A stretch of DNA of 61,591 nt, filler included, from Squatina squatina (lineage: Eukaryota), in the NCBI GenBank assembly GCA_031763465.1. It is 4 parts of 4 records of this genome, joined end to end, with 100 filler letters (N's around TTAATTAATTAA, not from the genome) between each part and the next. Parts side by side here need not be neighbours in the genome. Positions count along the whole stretch, not along the records: positions 40,108 to 61,591 come from JARFOE011049289.1; 3 more parts are not named here. One strand, given 5' to 3'. Of the stretch, positions 53,335-61,591 are shown piece by piece. Position numbers and translations under genes: made by a program. The notes beneath the pieces were generated by a model. It worked only from the letters and a program-made list of their open reading frames with translations. It made no database searches and was not told where the DNA came from. Position 1 is the stretch's first letter. The number at the start of each line of letters is the position of its first letter.

Positions 53335-54950
53335 AAGAATAAATCAGAATGATAGAAAGAAGGAAATGCAACAAAAGAAAGAACACAGGAGAAAAAGAAT
53401 GGATGAATGAAAGATAAAAAAGGAAAGAACGAAGAATGCAAAAAAGCAAGGAAGCAGGAAAGACGGAAAAAATGAAGACGTTTCGAAAGAAAGAAACAAA
53501 TAAAGATTGAAATAAGGAAAGAATGAAAGTAAGAAAGAAAGAAATAAAGAAAAAAGATAAAAAAACAAAAACAGCAATCAAGAAACAAAATTGCAAGAAA
53601 AAAGAAGGAAAGAAAAGAAAGAAGGAAACAAAGCAAGAAAAAAACACAGACCATGGAAAAGAATAATAGAATGAAGGAAGGATAGAGTAACGCAAGAAAG
53701 GAAGGAAGAAAAAGTGGAAAGTTAGCAATAGAAACAGAAAGAAGGGAACAACGTTAAAAAGTAAGAGTGAAAGAAAGAGAAATGCAAGAACGAATGCCAG
53801 AAGGAAAGAAAAAAGCAGAAATGAAAGAATGAATGAAAGAAAGAGGGAAATAACACAATATAAGGACGGAAACAATTGAAATAGAAAATGCATAAAAAAT
53901 AAGTTTAAAACTAGGATAGATAAAGAAAAAAGGAAAAAAACGCAAGCATGATGGAAAGAAAGAAAGAAAAATTAAGGAAAGGAAGGACATAATGAAATAG
54001 ACAAGCAAAGAGTAAAGAAAGAAGGTGAGAACGAAAGAAAGGATGAAAGAAAGAAGCAAAGAAAGAAAGCATGAATTTAAGTTAGAAGGAAAGAGAGAAA
54101 GAAATAAAGAAAGTAAAAAGCAAACGAGAAATAAGAGAAAGAAGGATGGAAAGAGAGTGGAATGGTAGAAAGATGGAAAAAAGCAAGAAAGAAGCAATGA
54201 AAATGGGAAGAAAGAAAGGAATAAAGCAAAGAAGAATGAAAACAGCAATATAGGAAGAAAGAAGGAAAGAAACAGAACAAGAATGAAAGATGTGCAGAGA
54301 AAAGGATGGAAAAAAACAAAAAAAAACACAAGAATATAGAAAGATTGAATGAAAGGAATCAAGAAAGAGAGAAATAGAGAAATCAGGAAAGAAAAAAAGT
54401 TAGAAAGAAAGAAGGAATTAAAAAAAGGTTTAAAAATAATTAAAAATGCAGGAAAGATAGTAAGACTGAAACAATGGAGTAAAGAGAAAGACTGAAAGAA
54501 CAAAAGGAAAGAAAGACCAATGGAACATCACCAAAGAAAACAAAGAACAAATGACGCAAACAAGGAAAAAACGAGGTGAAAGAAAGAAGCAAAGAAGGAA
54601 AAAAGAAAGATTAAACCAGGACAGATAAAAGGAAATGAAGAAAGATAGAAAATGAGAGAGAAAGAAAGAAAAAAAGAAAGAAAACAGAAAAACTCAAAAA
54701 AGAAAAAAAATAAGGAAACAAGGAAACAACACAAAAAAGTAACAGAAAGAAATCGATGGAAGAATGATAGAAAGAAAGAAAGTAAGAAAGCAAAAAGGAA
54801 GGAAAGAAATAAGAAAGAAAATAGTAACAAAAAAGCAGCAAAGATCTTTAGAAATAAATCAAATAAGACAGAACATTGGAAAGAAAGAATGAATAAAAGA
54901 AAGATAGAAGAAAGGGAAGAAAGAAAGAAAAAAGCACAAAGGAAGCAAAA
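53335..54950. repeat. Long degenerate GA-rich block
   Basis: Purine-rich GAAA/GGAA-derived sequence; its first ~300 nt align colinearly with 43420-43700. Confidence 0.95.
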
Positions 54951-54964
54951 CGATCTTTTTCCAA

Positions 54965-56003
54965 GGGGCAGGCAGTGACATATGGTTACCGCAGGTTTCA
55001 GTGCTTGGAACCCAGCTAATCACCGCATATATCAATGATATAGACAAGGGAATTGAATGTAATATCTTAATATCTGTGGAGGACACAACGCTGGGTGGGA
55101 GTGTAAGCCGTGAGGAGGATGCAGAGAGGCTCCAGGGTGCTTTGGACAGTTTGGGTGAGTGGGCAAACGCATGGCAGATGCAGTATCATGAGAATAAATG
55201 TCAGGTTTTGCACTTTGGTGGCAAAGAACATGAAGACAGGTTATTATCTGAAGGGCGATAGATTAGCAAAGGGGAGTTGCAACGAGACCTGGATGTCCTT
55301 GTACAACTGTTGATGAAAGTAAGCATGCAGGTGCAGCAGGCGGTTAAGAACGCAAATGATATTTTGGGCGTCATAGCGAGAGGATTTGATTACAGGAGCA
55401 GGAATGTCTGACTGCAATTGTGCAAGGCTTTGGTGAGACAACACCTTGAGTATTATCTGCAGTTTTGGTCTCCTTACGTGAGGAAAGATGTTCTTGTTAT
55501 GGAGGGAGTGCAGTGAAGGTAGAACAGACTGACTCCTGGGATGGCAGGACTGACGTATGAAGAGAGATTGGGATGCTTTGGCTTATAATCACGAGAGTTT
55601 AAAAGAACGAGAGGGTATCTCATTGAAAGTTTACTAGCCTGACGGCAGTGGACAGATTAGATGCAGGAGGGATGTTCCCGATGGTGTCACGTCCAGAACC
55701 AGGGGTCACAGCCTAAGGATATGGGGTGGGCCATTTAGGACTGTCATGAGGAGAAATGTCTTTACCCAGAGAGTTGTGGACCTGTGAAATTCGCTGCCAA
55801 AGAAGGTAGTTCAGGACATATCATTAAATATATTCAAGATGGAGTTAGATATAGTTCTCATGGCTGAACAGATCAAGTGATATGGGAAGAAAGCAGGAAC
55901 AGGGGACTGAATTTCGATGATGAACCTGATCATATTGAATGGCGGAGCAGGCTCGATGGGCAGAATGGTCTACTCCTGCTCACATTTCCTATGTTTCTAT
56001 GAC
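54965..56003 (+). mobile_element. 5'-truncated CR1 LINE (RT to 3' tail)
   Basis: [53 protein letters not shown]; 3' UTR GGCGGAGCAGGCTCGATGGGCAGAATGGTCTACTCCTGCTC and tail TTTCCTATGTTTCTATG. Lies between two GA blocks. Confidence 0.9.
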
Positions 56004-57772
56004 AGAACAAAATGAGAAATGCAGAAATTAAAGAAGTCAGAAATGAATAAAAAGGAAAAAACGAAAGCAAGTCAGTAAGAACAAAGACAGAGAGAGAAAG
56101 AACAATAAAAAGGAAGAACCAAAGAAAGCAGGAAAGAGCGAAGGGAAAAAGCAAGAATGACAGTAAGAAAAAAGAAAGAAAGAAGAGAGAAAAAGGATGA
56201 ACGATAGAAAGAACGAAATCAAGAAATAAAGAACAGTGAACAGGACGAAAGAAAGTAAAAGGGAGCAAAAAAGAAGGCCTGGAGTATATAGTGAAAAAAA
56301 AGAAAGAACTAAGTTGAAAGGCAAGATACGAAGACAGAAGCTATGAATGAAAATAGAAGGAAATGCTAAAAAAGCATTGACGATAGACTTAAGGAAAAAA
56401 TAATTAAACCTGGAAAGATGGTAAAAAGAATGGATCACAGAAAGAAACAAGGAGAGAAGGAAACCCAGAAAGAAAGAAAGGGAGAATGAAGGGAAAAAAG
56501 AAAAAAAGCAAGAAACATTGAGGTTAGTAACATATAAAGATTTACAACGAAAGAAAAAAGGAAGAAATTAAGCTAGAAAGAAACAACAAGCAAGAAAGAA
56601 AAGAAAAAGGAAAGAAAAAAGATTGAAAGAACAAACAGAAAAAAGAAAAAAAGCAGAAAAGATCGAAAATAATAGAGAAAAAATAATAAAACAAAGAGAA
56701 AATGAAGAAACATGAAAGAAAGAAGGAAACAAAAAAGAAAAAAGGCAAGAAATACAGAAAGAAAAAAGAAAGAATGCAAAACAGAAACAAATAAAAAATC
56801 AAGACTGAAAGAAAGAAAAAAAGAAGTATGGAAAGAAGGAAGGACACAGTAAAGAAAGAAGGGAAGGTAAAAAGAAGGAAATAAAGAAAAATGCTGGAAT
56901 AAAAGAGAAACCAATAGCAACAAAGAAAGATGGAAAGCAAGAAAAGAAGAAGAAAAGACCCGAGTGGGAGAATAAAGACATGGAACCAAAGAAAGACAAA
57001 ATGCAAGAATGAAAGAAAAAACGAGTAGAGGAAACAGAGAAAAGTGCAAGAATAGAAAACAGAGGAAGATTAGAAAGAAAGACAAATGAAATTAAGAAAA
57101 AGGAAAGAAAGAAAGAAGAGGAAAAAGCAAGCAAGAGAGCAAAAAAAAAGAATGAAGGAAATAAGGAAAGAAAAAATCTATAAAGAACACCAGAAAGAAA
57201 AAAAAACACGTCAGAAAGATAGAAAGAAGGGAAGAAAGAAAGAAAAAAATGAGAGGTAGAAAGAAGAAAAGCAAGAAAATATTCAGGAAAGAAACTGAAG
57301 AAATCAAGGAAGATAGAAGGAGAGAAACAATAAGAAGAAAACAAAAATAAAGGAAAGAAGGAACGGAGGAAAGAAAGTTGGATAAACACAGGAATGAAAC
57401 AAAGGAAGAAGCAGAGAAAGATAGAAGGGTAAGAAAGAATGCGAGGGAGAAAAAAGAGAAAGAACGAACAAAAGACAAGGATGACAGAAAGAAAAAAGCG
57501 AGTCAGAAAATAAAGAAAGACAGAGAGAAAAAGGATAAACGCAAGAAAGATAGAAAGAATGAAACGATATATGAAAGAAAGAAGGACGGAAAGAAAGAAG
57601 GAAAGAAAGAACAGAAAACTCTTTGGAGAAAGAAGAGAAGAAACAAAGAAAAAAGCAAGAAAGATTGAATGAGAAAAGCAAGAAAAAACGACGGGAAGAA
57701 TGATAACGAGATAGAAAGGAAGAATGCAAGGAGAGTGAAACAAAAAAAAACAAGAATGATAGAAAGAAGAAT
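56004..57772. repeat. Long degenerate GA-rich block
   Basis: Same composition as 53335-54950; probably the same block split by the CR1 insertion. Confidence 0.95.
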
Positions 57773-57775
57773 CTG

Positions 57776-58465
57776 GTGATTCGACCCCTCGAGCCTGCTC
57801 CATCAGTCAATAAGATCATGGCTGATCCCACCTTGCCCTCAGTCCACTTTCCTCCTGTTCCCCATAAATCTTGATTGCCCTGCCAATCAAAAATCTGTCT
57901 ATTTCAACTTTGATTTTATTCCATGAATCGGCATATTCAGCTCCATGGAGATGAGAATTGCAAGGTTTCCGGACCCTCTAAAAGAAAAAAAAATCTCCTT
58001 ATCTCTGTCTTAAAAGGCTGATCCCTTCCACCTAAAATCTATCCCTTGGTTCTATATTCCCCAGTAAGTTGAAACATGCTCTCAACATGTAAGCTGTCAA
58101 GCTCCACTCAGAATCTTATATATTTCAGAAAGAATATTAAGATCACCTCTCATTTTTGGAAACTTAAATGGGTGAGGACCATAATTGCTGCACCACTCCT
58201 CACAACAGAATCCCTTCATCCTAAGAATCAATCGAGTTAACTTTTTCTGAATTGCCTTCAATTCAAGTACATCCATCCTTAAATAAGGAAAGGAAGCATG
58301 TCTGCAGTATTGTAGCTGTGCTGTTAACATCGCCCTATACCCTTATAGCAAGACTTCCGTAATTTTACACTACAATCCCCTTGCAATAAATGCTAATATA
58401 TCACCTTCCTGCATAAATATTGCAGTACCTGCAGGCTAACTTTCTTTGTTTCATGTTTGAGGACA
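57776..58465 (-). mobile_element. CR1 LINE 3' fragment
   Basis: Minus strand PYLRMDVLELKAIQKKLTRLI..MRGDL..EIYKILSG; 3' UTR GATCATGGCTGATC. Confidence 0.8.
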
Positions 58466-58469
58466 TCGT

Positions 58470-58690
58470 CTGTGCCACAGAATGCCGAGGTAGCTGAACT
58501 TCGTCGAATATATTCAGTACAGATCAATAGATTTTTCGACAAGAAATTCATCAAGGTGTATAGGGATAGTGCAGGAAAATAGCGTTGAGGTTAGATGTTA
58601 TTGAATGATCTTATTGAATGGCGGAGCTGACTCGACTGGACGAGTAACCCATTCCTCCTCCTTTATCTTGTGTTCCGATGTTCTTACTCC
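58470..58690 (+). mobile_element. CR1 3' end fragment
   Basis: TGATCTTATTGAATGGCGGAGC..ACTCGA.TGG.CGA.T..CC.A.TCCT.CTCCT.TATCTTGTGTTC matches the CR1 3' UTR. Confidence 0.7.
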
Positions 58691-59664
58691 GAGAATCCGA
58701 CATAAAAATTGGGAAATTGGGGAAAAAGGGAATGAAAGAAAGGAAGTGAGGGAACACAATTGGAGAATGGAGAGAGAAGGATGGAGGGAATGTCTTAGAG
58801 AGTGAACAGTGCAGAGCAAATCAGAGAGGTGGGGAATCAACCCCAGAAATGAAGAAAAATGGCGAGAAAGAGTAAAACGGAAGGAAAGAAAGGGAAAGTT
58901 TAAAACAAAATGCTCTGGATGATGGAAATCTGACATATAAAGAGTAAACACTGCACATACTCAGCAGGTCAGGGAGTGTCTATGGAGGGAGAAACAGAGT
59001 TAACCTGTTCAGGTCGATGGCCTTCCCTCAGGTGCTGACTGAACTGCGGAGGATTTCCATCCTTCTCTCTCTTTATATTATGTCCGGGAGAGATGGAGTT
59101 GGGGAGAAGAATGGAATAAAATATGAAGAGAGAATGAGAGACGAGTGAATGTGAGAAACAAGGGTGGAGAGGCATGAAGAGATAAGATTTGAGTCACTGA
59201 AGGAGATGGGGCGAGGAGCTCACAATAATAACGTGGAATGTGGAAGGAGAATTATGAGAGACGAGATATGCGACAGACAGAGATAATCGAAGAATAGTCT
59301 CCAAATTTCAAGTAAAAATAGCCCATTGATAGGCTCGGTTTCAAAATGGCCTTCTTTGTTCAGCTCCCGTTGAGTCAGAATCTATTGTGATAATCTTTCA
59401 ACTTGTAGCTGTTGTTCCCAAAGGTGACCCCATCTGGTACATGTTAATTGTCTTCTTGTCTGGTGTGTTTCACAATAAAAATCCAGATGGTTTCCCACCT
59501 TGTTTGTTCAACAACCTGGAACAATTAACCTTAGGGAGACAATCTAACAGCATCATTGGGGATTCATGTCATTATAAATAAACCTCTCATTTCTCTTCAT
59601 TGTCTCATTATTCCTTTCAGATCGCTCGCCTCCAACATCCGCAGGATTCCTCAACTCACAGACA

Positions 59665-59734
59665 ATGCGCTGGATATTAATTTATCAGATAGAGGCTGTA
59701 TACTTCCCTGTTCTCGCAGCAGTTGGAGTCCCTG
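59665..59734 (+). CDS. GPR139/GPR142-like class A GPCR, first coding exon (short N-terminus and start of TM1)
   Basis: Acceptor ttcctttcAG at 59620; ACAATGC start at 59665; MRWILIYQIEAVYFPVLAAVGVP followed by a phase-1 donor G|GTAAGT. The Y.P.LA..GVP|xN split matches the GPR139-type intron position in TM1. Confidence 0.85.
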
Positions 59735-60269
59735 GTAAGTTATTGTCAGGACCTCTTGTGGCCATCATTGAGGCTGTCTTCACTCCTATAACTTTTCATC
59801 CACAGTGCTCTCTTCTCTCCTGCTACATTTCATCCTTCACATTGAATTTTAGCAACCGCCTTTTGTCTGTGAAATTTTCCACCCCTCCACTCGCTTTCAA
59901 TCTTCCTGTTGTCGTCTCTCCTTTCGCGTTCATCCTTGTTGTTTTCTCAACTGATCTCTTTCTTTGCTGCTGTTGTCTTCTCTCACACTCCATATTTTGT
60001 TCTTCTTGTCTTCTCTCTCTCTCTCACTTTTAACGGTGCCATTGTCTGCTCTCCCAACCACTTTCATTCTTGGTTCCATCTGTTCTCTCACTCGCTTTTA
60101 ATGCTGCCATTGTCTGCTATCGGACTCACTTTCATCCTTGGTTCAATCTTCTCTCCCACTCGCTTTGACCCCTGGGGATTTCTTCTCCAATCCTGTGCTA
60201 CTATCAAAGTTTTTTTTTTCTCTCTGATTCACTTTCACCTGTCGTGTTTACTGCTTTACATCTGCCATT

Positions 60270-60670
60270 CATCCGCAGTGTTGCGTTCTCTCCAGTCCAC
60301 TTTATCCTCGGAGTTGTCTTCACAGCATTCCTTTTTAACTTCAGTGTTTTCTTCTCTCCAATCCCTTTTATACTCTGTGTTGTCTTCTCTCCAGTCTCTT
60401 TTATCCTCAGTTTTGCCTTCTCTCCAGTCCCTTTTATCCTCGGTGTTGTCTTCACTGCAGTCCCTTTTAACTTCAGTGTTGTCTTCTCTCCAGTTCCTAT
60501 CATCCTCGGTGTTGTGTTCTCTCCAGTTCACTTAATCCTCAGTGTTGTCTTCTCTCCAGTCCCTTTGATCCTGAGTGTCGTCTGCTCACCTGTCCCTTTT
60601 ACCCTCAGTGTTGTCTTCTCATCTGTCCCTTTTACCCTCAGTGTTTTCTTCTCTCCAGTTCCTTCTTATC
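60270..60670. repeat. 33-bp intronic tandem repeat (~12 copies; CTCAGTGTTGTCTTCTCTCCAGTCCCTTTTATC)
   Basis: Clear 33-nt period. It explains the 11-aa-repeat ORFs in several frames (60204, 60244, 60256, 59909). Confidence 0.92.
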
Positions 60671-61275
60671 TTCTGATTGTTTCATCTCTCCCGATCCAAT
60701 TTGCACTTTGTATATTCTTCTCTCTATTTCCTCATATCCTTCTGTTTCTTGATCTCTGCGACCATTTTATCCTTCATATTTTCTTGTGCTCCGCTCCCTT
60801 TCAACAACTCTGTTGTCTTCTCACCTTACAAGTTTTTCCTTATGTATTATTCGCTCGTCAGCTCGCTTTGTTTTTGGGATTGATTTCTTCAAACTCCCCA
60901 GTCTTTATTCTCCATGCTGTCTTATTTCCCACTTCCTCTCTCTACTATTCTTGGTGATGTCTGCTACTCTGACCCGCTCTATCCTTGGTTTATTCTCTTA
61001 TAACGCAGCTCATTTTAATTTTGTTATGTTGATTCTCTCACACTTGGTTTACGCTGTTTCTCGCTTTTTCTTCTGCTCAAGTTTAATCGGGATGTTTTCA
61101 TTATTATCTCTGCTACTTGTTTTATCCTCGTTATTTCCAAGTTTTCGAATCCTCATAGGGGAGGAGATTGGAACACAGGGGTCCGCGTTTAACAAGGAAT
61201 GGCCATGAATTAAGCTGCTTCTTTCCATTTGACTCCGGCTGGTTATTTTACTGTTTTCTTTTCAATTCCTCACAG

Positions 61276-61591
61276 TTAACTTGGTGGCGATTGTGATCCT
61301 GTCCCGGGGAAAGTGCGGACTCTCCAAATGCATCACTCGCTACCTGGTCGCCATGGCGATGGCGGATCTCATGGTGATTGTCTGTAATGTGATATTATAT
61401 CGGATTGCTGATCTTTATTGGGGGATTTCTTTCCTGATTTACACCCCCGTGTGTAGATTCATTCTCTTCCTGTCTCCTACTGCCATAGACTGTTCTGTCT
61501 GGTTAACTGTCGCGTTTACCTTTGATCGGTTTGTTGCTATTTGCTGTCAGAAGCTGAAAAGAAAATATTGCACCGAACAAACCGCTGCTGC
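61276..61591 (+). CDS. GPR139/GPR142-like class A GPCR, second coding exon (TM1-TM3, ICL2; runs off the window)
   Basis: Acceptor ttcaattcctcacAG, phase 1. Open frame VNLVAIVILSRGKCGLSKCITRYLVAMAMADLMVIVCNVILYRIADLYWGISFLIYTPVCRFILFLSPTAIDCSVWLTVAFTFDRFVAICCQKLKRKYCTEQTAA, with TM1 N, TM2 (L)A.AD, extracellular Cys, and SVW.TV..T.DRF.AIC as in the GPR139/142 TM3. Confidence 0.9.

Noticed and set aside
42922-57831. Many long F/L/S-rich 'membrane protein' ORFs (minus) and K/E/R-rich ORFs (plus)
   Set aside because: Translations of GA-rich low-complexity DNA that is stop-poor on one strand; no domain motifs.

Overview
Eukaryotic, repeat-rich vertebrate genomic DNA. The repeat content (DeuSINE/SacSINE-type SINEs, esterase-ORF1 CR1 LINEs, L2, Penelope) and a GPR139-like receptor of the shark type point to a cartilaginous fish; this is inferred, not proven. 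The window is not one locus. Three artificial 100-nt linkers (44 N + TTAATTAATTAA + 44 N) join four unrelated scaffolds. (A) 1-14465: the last two coding exons and 3' flank of RSPO2 (minus strand) plus a 35-bp satellite. (B) 14566-27698: MFSD6 (plus strand; three coding exons visible, two expected exons missing, probably in a gap) and a downstream EGR-site-rich candidate promoter/first exon, possibly NAB1. (C) 27799-40007: non-coding DNA with TE fragments. (D) 40108-61591: gap-free, TE-dense DNA with a ~41-bp satellite, LINEs, three long GA-rich blocks (two visibly homologous), a decayed retroviral pol with a tether plus a second RNase H (spuma/class III/loki-like), a near full-length CR1 with an 80-bp monomer array at its 5' end, and the first two coding exons of a GPR139/GPR142-like GPCR whose intron holds a 33-bp array of in-frame cryptic splice acceptors. 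Most ORF-track entries are artefacts of N gaps, low-complexity DNA or decayed TEs. All family assignments are from motif recognition by eye; no searches were run.
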